NCBI RefSeq assembly: GCF_963921235.1
Contig: NC_086097.1
Span: 176,640,001 to 176,704,000 of the forward strand
DNA length: 64,000 nt
Reading direction: 5' to 3'
Origin: Mobula hypostoma
Lineage: Eukaryota
Under the pieces are notes generated by a model. It ran no database searches, was not told the DNA's origin, and saw nothing but the letters and a program-made list of their open reading frames with translations. The position numbers were made by a program, and so were the translations under genes. Shown here one piece after another: positions 25,296 through 36,914 of the stretch; position 1 is the first letter of the stretch, and every line of letters starts with the position of its first letter.

Positions 25296-26440
25296 AACAA
25301 CAAGAATTCTGCAGATGCTGGAAATTCAAGCAACACACATCAAAGTTGCTGGTGAACGCAGCAGGCCAGGCAGCATCTGTAGGAAGAGGTGCAGTCGACG
25401 TTTCAGGCCGAGACCCTTCGTCAGGACTAACTGAAGGAAGAGTGAGTAAGGGATTTGAAAGTTGGAGGGGGAGGGGGAGATGCAAAATGATAGGAGAAGA
25501 CAGGAGGGGGAGGGATAGAGCCAAGAGCTGGACAGGTGATAGGCAAAAGGGGATACGAGAGGATCATGGGACAGGAGGTCCGGGAAGAAAGACAAGGCGG
25601 GGGGGACCCCGAGGATGGGCAAGAGGTATATTCAGAGGGACAGAGGGAGAAAAAGGAGAGTGAGAGAAAGAACGTGTGCATAAAATAAGTAACAGATGGG
25701 GTACGAGGGGGAGGTGGGGCCTTAGCGGAAGTTAGAGAAGTCGATGTTCATGCCATCAGGTTGGAGGCTACCCAGACGGAATATAAGGTGTTGTTCCTCC
25801 AACCTGAGTGTGGCTTGATCTTTACAGTAGAGAAGGCCGTGGATAGACATGTCAGAATGGGAATGGGATGTGGAATTAAAATGTGTGGCCTCTGGGAGAT
25901 CCTGCTTTCTCTGGCAGACAGAGCATAGATGTTCAGCAAAGCCGTCTCCCAGTCTGCGTCGGGTCTCGCCAATATATAAAAGGCCACATCGGGAGCACCG
26001 GACGCAGTATATCACCCCAGCCGACTCACAGGTGAAGTGTTGCCTCACCTGGAAGGACTGTTTGGGGCCCTGAATGGTGGTAAGGGAGGAAGTGTAAGGG
26101 TATGTGTAGCACTTGTTCCGCTTACATGGATAAGTGCCAGGAGGGAGATCAGTGGGGAGGGATGGGAGGGACAAATGGACAAGGGAGTTGCGTAGGGAGC
26201 GATCCCTGCGGAATGCAGGGGGGGGGAGGGAAAGATGTGCTTAGTGGTGGGATCCCGTTGGAGGTGGCGGAAGTTACGGAGAATAATATGTTGGACCCGG
26301 AGGCTGGTGGGGTGGTAGGTGAGGACCAGGGGAACCCTATTCCTAGTGGGGTGGTGGGAGGATGGAGTGAGAGCAGATGTATGTGAAATGGGGGAGATGC
26401 GTTTAAGAGCAGAGTTGATAGTGGAGGAAGGGAAGCCCCT
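25296..26440 (-). mobile_element. 5'-truncated Penelope-like element (GIY-YIG endonuclease and 3' terminal repeat)
   Basis: ORF 25722..26174 CKRNKCYTY...GVIYCVRCSRCGLLYIGETRRRL...LGSLQPDGMN; nearly colinear with 43333-44445. Confidence 0.93.
25393..25428 (-). ncRNA. Minimal type I hammerhead ribozyme motif
   Basis: AGUC CUGACGA A GGG UCUCGG CCU GAAA CG UC GACU: intact CUGANGA/GAAA core, helix I AGUC/GACU, helix II with one G-U pair. Confidence 0.75.
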
Positions 26441-27115
26441 CAGTATACAAGATTAATGGCCAGGTTCTTAGCAATGTGGAGAAACAGAGGGATCTTTGGT
26501 CGATGTCAATAGATTCTTCAAAGTTTGCTGTGCAAGTTGATAAGGTGGTTAGGAAGTTGCATAGTGCACTCGCCTTCATTAGTTGGAGAACTGAGATCAA
26601 GAGCCACAAGATAATATTTCAGCTCTATAAAGCTTGGAGTAGTGTTCAGTTCGCTCTCCTCATTACAGGAAGAATGCGAAAGCTTTAGAGGGGATGCAAA
26701 GGAGACTTACCAGACTGCTGCCTGGATTAGAGAGCACATATTATGAGGATAGGTTGCGCAAACTAGGGTTTTTCTGTTGGAAGGGAAGGAGGCTGATATA
26801 TATAACAGTGTGGATAGCCAGAAACTTTTTCTCAGGTCATAAATTAAGGTGTTTGGAGAAAAATATAGGGAGGATGTCAGAAGTCGTTTTTTTACACATT
26901 AAATGGTAGGTTCATGGAATGCACTTCTGGAGATGGTGATCGAGGTAGACATATCAAGGACATTTAAGAGACTTTTACAGAAACACATGCATGATAGAAA
27001 AATGGGAGGGCTATGTGGGAGGGAAGGGTTGAATTGATCTTGGAGTAGGTTAAAGGGGGAACACAACATTGTGGGCAGAAGGGCCTGTACTGTGCTGTAC
27101 TGTTCTATTTTCTAT
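26441..27115 (+). mobile_element. CR1 3' fragment
   Basis: QRDL...QVDKVVRK...LYKA; QRRLTRLLPGLE..YEDRL; tgtgctgtactgttcta tail. Confidence 0.8.
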
Positions 27116-27676
27116 GTTGCCTTCTTGAGGCAGTACCTCCTGTAGATACTACCAGTGGTGCTGGGCAACATTCTCATGATGCATTGGGCTGAGTTCACTA
27201 CTCTCTGTAGCTTCTTAAGTTCCTGTGCATTAAAATGTCATTTGAAGCTGAAGCCTTTCGTTAGCAGTAACCCCTCAGGAGGATTCTGCTTGAATGCTGG
27301 AGAATTAGGAATTTGCATACATGCCACACACACATTTTTAAACTGGCACCTTCACTGAAAAACAGACCTACTTCAGCTTCAGTTAAAGCAGATCAGTCAC
27401 TGCCGGTCTTAGACCAGTACAATTATGAGACATGGCAATTGTCAGCAAATATAACCATCACATCACCAAATCTTCAGGGAAATACTTAGCACTTTATCTG
27501 GCTCTGTCTCAGATTTAATATCACAGTATTAAAATAATGTAACTGGAGTAGAGGTGGTTTTATCACTGTAATACTGTAGGCATAAAATATAGATTAAAAA
27601 GCAATTTAAAGGAACATTACATGCAGCTCCTCATAGATCATACACATGAGGCTGCTCAGCTTGCTGAGTTCCTCTA

Positions 27677-28190
27677 GGATAGCCTACAACATGACAGTAT
27701 CAACACTGAAGTCTCCCATTTTCAGGTAACCTGCACCCCCTCTGTCCCTTTTCTCTCTCCTCCTGATCTACCCAGTTCCTCCGACATCCACCCCAGCCCC
27801 CATCACCCTATTTCTGTCCCCTTCTCCACTCACTGCATCTGACCATCACCCACACACACCTCACTGTTCCCATCTGCCCTCCCCACCTCCCTTATCTGGT
27901 TTCACACTCCACCTTCTTCTCCTATCAAATTCCATTACCTGCAGCAGTTCACCTATCACCTCTTGGCCTCTGGCACCTCTACACTCTCCCCTCCTCCATC
28001 TGCCTTTCACCTGCCTCACCTGAATCCACCTAACACCTGCCAGCTCTTGCTCCACCCATTTCCCTCCACCTCTTGGCTATCTCCCCTCTGCCTTTCAGTC
28101 CAGGTGACGGGCCTCAACCTGAAATGTTGACAGTCCATTTTCCTTCACAGATGCTGCCTGACCTGTTGAGTTCCTCCAGCATTTGGTTAT
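27677..28190 (+). mobile_element. Degenerate Penelope-like 3' end
   Basis: ggatagcctacaacatgacagtatcaac...tttcaggtaa matches the LGSLQPDGMN..FR* end; pyrimidine-rich UTR; decayed hammerhead motif at 28097-28132. Confidence 0.7.
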
Positions 28191-29249
28191 TTGGAAGTTT
28201 TCTTTCCCTGGGTCATGTGTGATGCAAGAATTGCCTGCAATTTTAGCTTCATTGCTTGGATCCACTAAATGAAAGAAATGTGTACTTTCCAGCCATCAAT
28301 AAGCTGAAATCTCCAACAGTGAGTGAGAGATTGGTCAGTATTAAAGGTTTCTGGTTGAGCTATTCTAGGTAGTAACAAACCATTAATCAAAGAATTCAGT
28401 TCAAAATATGCCACAATTCATTCTGATGTGTCTTGTATTATTTCAACCTGTCTGCATTTAAAATTCCAGTACCACTCATTCATGTCACGAACTCTTCCTT
28501 GTTGGAATATTAGAGACAGCTGAAGCATGCCTATGACAGGACTTTGAGTACAGCTGCATACTCTCCTCTGTGTTGAATGGCAGGTTTTTCTTTGTAGAAC
28601 AAACTGTTTGACAAGCAAAGAAGGTTCTTTTTTTGTTCCTTCACAAAAGCTTTGCTGCTTCCCCTGTTCTTTAATCGTATCACCCTGGCTATGATTAACA
28701 GTCCTAATACTGACAAGTCCCGATATTTCAAGAGTGATATTACATGACAGTGGATAAATATCAAATTATGAGTATTTGCAAAAAGGCATTGCCATCGGAA
28801 GACCTGAGCTATTATCAATGCTGTGTCGGCTAATATTAATTGTGTTAAAGTAGTGTGGCAAACTAGTCTCGAGGAAGTTATATCAAGATGAGCATAATAA
28901 ATTTCCTTTGACTTTAGCAAAAAAAGAGAGGATTGTAAATTAATCTAGTGTGCTTCTTAGATTTATAATGAAATAAAAGAAACTATCCTGAAACTGATGC
29001 TAGGTTTGTGCCAGTGCACTGTTTAATATTTTTAACAGCCAAGAGATGGATTGCAGTATCATTCACTTCTTAAGCAGATTTTTAGTACTTGAAAGCATCT
29101 AACTGGTTTTTAACTGAAGAGTTGATCTTCTTGGTTAGAAGATGAATTTCTGGGAGCTTAACATTAATGAGATGAAAACAGAAAATGTTAGAAACACTCA
29201 GCAGGTCCAATAGCCCCTGTGAAGAGAGAAACCACATTGGCTTGGACGT

Positions 29250-30875
29250 TGACTGGATTAGATATTGGCTTTGTGGGAGAAGCCAGAGAGTGGTTGTGGA
29301 GGGTTGCCTCTCTGACTGGAGGCCTATAACTTCTGGAGCGCCATAAACATTGGTGCTGGGTCCATTGCAGTTTGTCATCTATCTGGAAGATAATGTGATT
29401 AAATGGATCAACAAATTTGAAGATGACACCGAGATTGGGGGTGAAGAGCATTGTGAGGAAGACTATCAGAGCTTGCAGTGGGCTCTGGACCAGCTGGAAA
29501 AATTGGCTTAAAAATAACAGATGGAATTTAATGCATTTTGGAAGAACCAGTTAGAATAGGTCTTACATAGTGAGTGGTCGGGCACTGAGGAGTGTGGTAG
29601 AACAAAGGGATCTGGGACGACACGTCCATAATTCATTGACTGTGGCGTCACAGGTAGATAGGGTTGTAAAGAGAGCTTTAGGCACATTGGCCTTCATAGA
29701 TCAAAGCAATGAGTGCAGGAGTTGGGATGTTACATTGAAGTTGTATAAAACGTTAGTGAGGTCGGATTTGGAGTGTTATGTGTTATTTTATGTCACCTAC
29801 CTGCAGGAAAGATTTACAGAGTACAGATGAAGTTTACAAGGGTGTTGCTGAGACTAGAGGACCTGAGTTATAAGAAAGATGGAATAGGTTAGAACTTTAT
29901 TCCCTAGAACATAGAAGATTGAGGGGCAATCTGATAAAGGTATACATACGTAACGTGCTATAAGGTTTCACTGCTGTGTAACATGCTGTAAGTTTCACTG
30001 GTAATGTAATGGTTTCTATGTAGCAGCAATGTTTGAGTTATGACTAGAGAAAACGGGGTTTGGAATGCTTTTGTTCTTTCTTGCGAGTCTGGAAGAGAGA
30101 TTTTCGCGGTTTTTGGTCGGCAAGAGGAGAAGAAAGAAGCCGTGTGTGGAGAGAGTTGGAAGACCACCAGACGGAGTGGACTGGGAGCGAGTGTCCGAAG
30201 GTCAGCGACGCTCGGACAAGGTCGATGGTTGATGAATGGCTGAAATTCTGAGCTCCAATGTGCACTTTTGACTTTTCTCTTAAAATGGGCCCTTTTTCTT
30301 TTCATTTTCTTTACTAACCCTATATTCAGATTAAGATTTATAAAGTTCAATTACTTAATTGCATATGGTGTACTGTCTGATATTTTGCGGTGTGGATTTG
30401 TAACCAGGCAACACATCAAGCAGCATCTACACAAATGAGATTTCTCAGTTTGGCAGGGCCAGAAGTTGTTTTCCCCTAGATGAACACGTGCTGGCCGAGC
30501 CTGAGGGTCATATATATATAAAATTATGAGGGGTATAGATAGGGTAAATGTAAGCAGGCTTTTCCCATGGAAGTTGGGTGGGACTACAACCAGAGGTTAT
30601 CAATTAAGGGTGAAAGGTGAAAAATTTAAAAAGACAATTAGTTGAAACATCTTCATTCAGAGGGTCATGAGAGTGTGGAATGAGCTGCCAGCACGAATGG
30701 TGGATGCAATTTCATTTTTCAATGTTTAAGTGAAGTTTGGATAGGTTCATGAATGGAAGAGATATGGACAGTTAAGGTCTAGGTGCAGGTCAATGAGACT
30801 AGGCAGTTTAAGTGGTTCAGCACAGGCTAGATGGGGAAAAGGGCTTGTTTGTGTGCTGTTATTTTCTATGACTCT
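29250..30875 (+). mobile_element. CR1 RT/3' fragment interrupted by a solo LTR
   Basis: KFEDDT, EQRDLG, LYKTLVRSDLEC; breaks at gtata (~29944) and resumes taaaattatgagggg (~30519). Confidence 0.85.
29949..30512 (+). mobile_element. Solo LTR related to 8816-9530
   Basis: Ends CGTAAC...GGTCATA (decayed TGTAAC...GTTACA) in a CATA/TATA context; shares tacaccatatgc, gccaaactg and cctcaggctcg blocks with the 8816 LTR in reverse. Confidence 0.75.
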
Positions 30876-32888
30876 TTTAGTCTAAAACAAGTTAACATCT
30901 GACAAAACAGCGAAGAAGAAACTCATTAGACACTCATCAGGTCAAGCAGCATAAGAGGCGGGAAGAAATTGTCAAAGTTTTGAATCAAAAGTTTGCATCA
31001 GGTCTCAGAATCCTAGAGTCATTCGGGATAAAAACTGGCTCTTTGGCACAACTGGTCCATGCCAAATGACATTCCCATTTAAGCTAGGACCGCTTGCCTG
31101 TATTTAGCCAAGATTGCTCTGAAATATCAATGGAGTGTGCACTCGCTGCAGATTTAATAGAGGGCTTATTCACTGAGACTATATGGGTAGAACTCAAAAC
31201 TAGGAAGGGTGCAATCACTCCAGTGAGACATTGAAGAACAGATATGCAAGCAGATTAAGGAAAGGTGTAAAAACAATAGGGCTGTTTTCATGGTATCTTA
31301 ATCTTCTCCAATATAGACTGGAACCTTCTGAGTGCAAGTGGTTTAAATGAGGCAGAATAAGTTACGTGCATCCAGGAGGGTTTCTTAAATCAATATGTAG
31401 ATAGTCCAAAAAGAAGAGTGGCAGTACTGGCCCATGTATTGGGTAATGAGCCTGGCCAGGCGACTGACCTTTCAGTGGGAACAATAAACACAACTCCTTA
31501 AGTTTTATGGTAACTATAGATAAGGAAAAGTATGGACCTTGCAGGAGAGTATTAAATTGGAGCAGAGCAAATTACAAGAGCATTAGGCAGTAACTAAGGT
31601 GAGTTATTTGGGAACAGTTGTTTTTGGGCAAGTCGCAGCTGACATGTGGATGGTGTTTAAGGACCAACTGCACAGAGTACAGGACAGGTATGTTCCAGTA
31701 AGAAGAAAAGACAAGGATGGCAAGATAAGAGAACCTTGGATGTCAAGAGAGGTGTAGAGAGGAAAATTATGTAAAGCTTAGGAAACTAGAATCAAACAGA
31801 GCCCTTAAGGATTATAAAGAAGTCAAAAAAGAGTTCAAGAAGGGAATTAGGAAAGTCGGGAGGGGCCATGAAATGTTCTTGGCAAGTAGTAGTAAAAAGA
31901 ATCTCAAAGCATTTTGTGCATACACCAAGAGCACGAGGATAACAATGGAGTGGGAGGGACAGCTCAAGGATAAAGGGGGGAGTATTAGTTTGGGTGCAGA
32001 GGATGTCCTTAGAGTATTTCACATCAGGATTTACCAAGGAGAAGGACGTGGGGGTAGGGAGGTCATTGCTGTGCATATAACATTCTAGGGCACTTTGAGG
32101 CAAAGGAGGAGGGAGTGTTAGGTCTCTTAAAGAGCATTAAGGTGGATAAGACCCCACACCCCGATGAGATACACCCCAGGTCATTGAGAGAGGCAAGTGA
32201 AGAGATTGCTGCGGCCCTGACCAACACCTCTAGCCGCAGGTATTTAGCTAGAGCTGTTTCACTGTTTAAGGAGGGAACCAGGTATAAACCTGAAAACTAT
32301 AGACCAGTGAGTCTCACATCTGTGGTAGGGAAGTTATTGCAGAGAATTCTTAGGGATATGATTGATGAATATTTGGAAACCATGCTCAAATTAGGGAAAG
32401 CCAATATGATTTTCTACAGGACAAATTGTGTCTTACTAACTTGATTGAGTGTTTTGATGAGGTGAGGGTGATTGATAAAGGTAGAGCTGTGGATGCTGTT
32501 TATTGGTGGAGTTGTGGATACTGTAGAAGACTGGCAAAGAATACAACAGGATCTTGATCATTTGCAGACATGGGTGGAGAATTGGCAGATGGAGTTTAAC
32601 CTAGCCAAATGTGAAGTTTTGCACCTTGGTAGGACAAATGCAATAAGACAGTACATTTTTAGGACAATTTTTAACAGTATTGATGAGCAGAGGGATATTT
32701 GGGTCCTGGTTCATTGTTCCCTGAAAGTGGCTACACAGTTTGATGGGGTGGATAAAAGGGCATATGACTTATTTGCTTTTATTATTTGAGTCATTGAGTT
32801 CAAAACTCAGGAACTTATGTTGCAGTTTAAAAAAGCTCTAGTTAGGTTGCATCTGGAGTATTGTAAACACTTCTAGTCATCGCATTAC

Positions 32889-33489
32889 TAGATTATGAGG
32901 AGACGCAGTCCTCTTTTATTGTCATTTGGTAATGCATGCATTAAGAAATGATACAATATTCCTCCGGTGTAATATCACAGAAACACAGGACAGACCAAGA
33001 CTGAAAAACTGACAAAAACCACATAATTATAACATATAGTTACAACAGTGCAAGCAATACCGTAACTTCATGAAGAACAGGCCATGGGCACGGTAAAAAA
33101 AGTTCAAAGTCTCTCGAAAGTCCCACATCTCACGCAGACGGGAGAAGGAAGAAAACTCTCCCTGCCATGCCCGACCACAGTCCGACTCTGAGTCATCCGA
33201 AAGCTTCGAGCCTCCGACCAGCCCTCCGACACCGTGCACCAAGCACCATCTCTGCTGAGCGCTTTGACCCCAGCCACGGCCACCAGCAGCAGGCAAAGCC
33301 AAGGATTTTAGGGCCTTCCCTCCGGAGATTCTCGATCGCACAGTAGCAGCGGCAGCAAACCGGGCATTTCAGAAGTTTCTCCAGATGTTCCTCCGTGCTT
33401 CTCACGGCTGTCTCCATCAAATCAGAATTGTGCACGGTACCCTATTTAACAAATACGATATCATTTCACCGGAGAGGCTGCGCGCGCTG
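32889..33489 (-). mobile_element. Non-autonomous non-coding retroelement inserted in CR1
   Basis: CR1 sequence resumes at 33490; CpG-rich body; second partial copy at 51183-51562. Confidence 0.7.
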
Positions 33490-33882
33490 GAAGAATGTTG
33501 AGGCTTTGGAGAGAGTGCAGAAGAGTTTTACCAGGATGTTGCTTAGAAGGCATATGCTATGATGGCAAACTTAGTTTGTTTTCTCTGGAGTGGTGGAGAA
33601 TGAGGGAAGATTTCTTAGAGGTTTAAACGATCATGAGTGGTATAGATAGAGTAGACAGACAATATGTTTATCCAAGGGTTGAAATGTCTAATACCAGGAG
33701 GCATGCAACTAAGGTGAGCGGGGGAAATCTCAAAAAAGATGTAAAAAACATGCTTTTTCACACAGAGAGTTGTGGGTGCCTGGAGTGGTGGTTCTGGTAA
33801 AAAAAAATTAGAGACTTTTAAGAGACATTTAGATAGGCACATGATTGTGAGGTAAATAAAAGGACACGAACATTGTGTTAGC

Positions 33883-33964
33883 TAGGTGTTTCCAACCTTT
33901 TTTTAATACCATGGACCAATACTATTAACCAAGGGGTCTGTGAACCCCAGGTTGGGAACCCCTG
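33883..33964. mobile_element. 82-bp hAT (Charlie-like) MITE
   Basis: TIRs taggtgtttccaacc / ggttgggaacccctg; imperfect 8-bp TSD gtgttagc (33875-33882) / gtgtaggc (33965-33972); interrupts a CR1 3' UTR. Confidence 0.75.
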
Positions 33965-34762
33965 GTGTAGGCAGAAGAGATTAGTTTAGTTAGCTATTTG
34001 ATTACTAATTTAACTGTATTGGCACAACATTGTGCGCTGAAGGGCCTTCCAGTAAGGGTAGTGCTGGTGAGTCACCACAATGCTTTGCAGGCAGAAATCA
34101 AAGCTACTAACTATTCTATTCATTGCACTTTTTCTGGGCTACAATCACTGCAATCCACAGCCTGAAGTTACCCTTCGGGAGTTATGCTTTTGAACCGCCT
34201 GCAAGACCTGGTGTTTTTTGCAGTATCTTGAAGCATTCAACGAACTGGACTCTCAAGAATGCAACCACAACGGGCCTTGCTGGAATGGGCTTGGGGCTGG
34301 ATAGAAGCAGTGGGGCCTGGGCATGAGAATGAAAAACAAATTGATGTTTGACTGATTTAAGTATCAAGCTAGTTTAAAAAGAACAGGACGTCTAGGCCGA
34401 ACATGAAGGATGAGCTGATGTTCAGCTTACTACTCTGTCAGGTTTACTCACCTCAGTACTGGACTGACTCAATAGCTGTGGCTTTTAGCCACTGGGCTGC
34501 TGGACCAGCCTCACTGGCTCCAGTGCTGTCTGGCTCGGTGGCTGTGTACTTACTTTTGGGGACTCTGCGGTTAATGTCCTGTGTGTTACTTACTTACATT
34601 TTTTATTGTTTGCACAATGTGCCCTTCTTTTCACACATTGTGTGTTTGACAGTCTTTATTTTATGTTTTTTTAATGGGCTCTATTGTGTGTCTTTGTTTT
34701 GTGACTGTGGGCAAGAAGACAAATTTCAGGGTTGAATTATTGAGATACAGCACAGAATAGGC

Positions 34763-35437
34763 CAATAGACAATAGACAACAGACAATAGGTGCAGGAGTA
34801 GGCCATTCGGCCCTTTGAGCCAGCACCACCATTCACTGTGATCATGGCTGATCATCCACAATCCTGCCTTCTCCCCATAACCCTTGACTCCACTATCTTT
34901 AAGAGCTCTATCTAACTCTTTCTTGAAAGCATCCAGAGAATTGGCCTCCACTGCCTTCTGAGGCAGAGCATTCCACAGATCCACAACTCTCTGGGTGAAA
35001 AAGTATTTCCTCAACTCCGTTCTAAATGGCCTACCCCTTATTCTTAAACTGTGGCCTCTGGTTCTGGACTTACCCAACATCGGGAACATGTTTCCTGCCT
35101 CTAGCGTGTCCAATCACTTAATAATCTTATATATTTCATCAGATCCCCTCTCATCCTTCTAAATTCCGTGTATACAAGCCCAGTCGCTCCAATCTTTCAA
35201 CATATGACAGTCCAGCCATCCCGGGAATTAACACGTGAACCTACACTGCACTCCCTCAATAGCAAGAATGTCCTTTCTCAAATTTGTAGACTAAAACTGC
35301 ACACAATACTCCAGGTGTGGGTCTCACCAGTGCCCTGTACAACTGCAGAAGGACCTCTTTGCTCCTATACTCAACTCCCCTTGTTATGAAGGCGAACATA
35401 CCATTAGCTTTCTTCACTGCCTGCTGTACCTGCATCC
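34763..35437 (-). mobile_element. Relatively young CR1 3' end inserted into a SINE
   Basis: ORF piece SRTRGHSLRIRGRPFRTELRKYFFTQRVVDLWNALP; (caataga)n tail; CpGs retained. Confidence 0.9.
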
Positions 35438-35607
35438 CTAATTTAATCCTAGCCTAATTATCAGACAACTTACAATGGCTGGAGCACCCGGAGAAAACCC
35501 ACACAGTTACAGGGAGAACATACAGACTCCTTACAGGTAGTGATGGGAATTGAACCTGGATCTCCTGTACTGTGAAGCACTGTGCTAACCACTATGCTGC
35601 CATGCCA
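35438..35607 (-). mobile_element. V-SINE-like fragment (tRNA head and V-domain)
   Basis: ggagcacccggagaaaacccacac; gggaattgaacc (B-box, reverse); gctaaccactatgctgcc (A-box, reverse). Confidence 0.65.
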
Positions 35608-35627
35608 CCTGCATATAGTATACTTAC

Positions 35628-35708
35628 TTTATTAACAATGGGCAACAAGTTTTTTTGGAAGTGTTGCTTCCTCAGATTTTTTTTTTGGTTCTGATAGAGT
35701 GCTTGAAG
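35628..35708 (-). other. Candidate 81-nt symmetric host exon (unverified)
   Basis: Minus strand: attatatttgtgtttag|CTTCAA...AATAAA|gtaagta; only phase 0 is open: LQALYQNQKKNLRKQHFQKNLLPIVNK. Confidence 0.35.
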
Positions 35709-35999
35709 CTAAACACAAATATAATTTCAGACTACTTGTATCATGTAGCAATTTGTAGAAACAAGAAATAAACTTTGATTGAATAAAGTGCACTTCATTG
35801 CATAATGGTGCTGACGCTATGCAATAGTTCAACTAAGCTCAAAATAGTTTGTTGCTGATTTTCATTTGTACTCAGTTTCTGAGGCTCTTTGCTTAAGTGT
35901 CCACCAATAATCAACCAACATTGATGGATACAAGTTGGCCTGATACCATTTTTCCATCATCACAATGTCATGGTGAAACCTTTCACCATGTTATCACTG

Positions 36000-36785
36000 T
36001 GTGATGGGGTCCTGAATTACCCCCATGAACTGTGCTTTTGAAAAGAGAGCGAGAGAGTTATTTAACACCAACATCTTGTTTTTAAGAGAGAGAGAGGCGA
36101 AGACAGCTCACAGCATGTTTACATTTCTATAAGGATGCTGCCTGCTTGGAAATTCTTACAGACAGAGAAAGGAGGAGCTGTTTGAGTGGCAGGTGGTATT
36201 CAGCACAGGGAGATAAATAGAAGGTCAGATGATAGACCTCAGACACATGGTTTTGGACACTGAATGAGCTTTGTTGTGCCCACAGGAAAAGTGGGTTTTG
36301 GCGGATCGATCAGTGGCTCTCGCAGTGTGAACGGCATGACCGGTGGGGAGCTATTTGTGTGTCCAACCCTCACCTGGGTTGATAGCTCCACCACAGAAGA
36401 ACGGTCCCCTTTGTTGTAGTCGCAGTCGGTGACTTCTAAAGGATTTCGGAAGACAACAGGGAGATCAATAGTGTCAGCTCATCTGAAGACTCAAATCTCT
36501 CCCTCTCTCTCTCTCCATCACTACTTAACTCAATACCACGAACTGAACCTTACTCATTATCGTAAGACTATCTATTTATCCCTAGACTTGAAGAAGCTTG
36601 ATTTTCATATATTTCCACACACACATATATATATATTCATTTATTGCTAACCTGTTTGATTTATCTGCAATTATATTACTGTATTGTATAGTTACTAATA
36701 AATACCATTAGTTCATAGCAATACTGGACTCCCAAGATGTTTTCCATTTCTGCTGGTTCTTTAACCCGTCATGGGGTAAGTGACA
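36000..36785 (+). mobile_element. Solo LTR (Gypsy-like)
   Basis: TGTGAT...GTGACA ends; AATAAA at 36697-36702; no ORF; TSD ambiguous (cactg on both sides but overlapping the terminal CA). Confidence 0.75.
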
Positions 36786-36914
36786 CTGACAGTACCAAGA
36801 TTTACAAGATTTTTGCAGGGGAGAAGTCTAAATGAGAATGAAACAAACGTGAGGAGCCCAGGTTTCGTCTTGGTTGCCAATTCTATACCCAAAATTGAGC
36901 TAATCAGCTTTGTT

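Larger units (their letters stand above)
31130..34050 (+). mobile_element. CR1 ORF2 with internal deletions and two nested inserts
   Basis: DEIHPRSLRE...PENYRPVSLTSVVGKLL; QQDLDHLQTWVENWQMEFNLAKCEVLHLGR. Confidence 0.85.

Noticed and set aside
28531..28920. 129-aa ORF in a TE-free island
   Set aside because: TTG start, no recognisable motif and no convincing splice sites
35535..35607. tRNA gene (A/B-box-like motifs)
   Set aside because: No cloverleaf; it is the tRNA-derived head of a SINE
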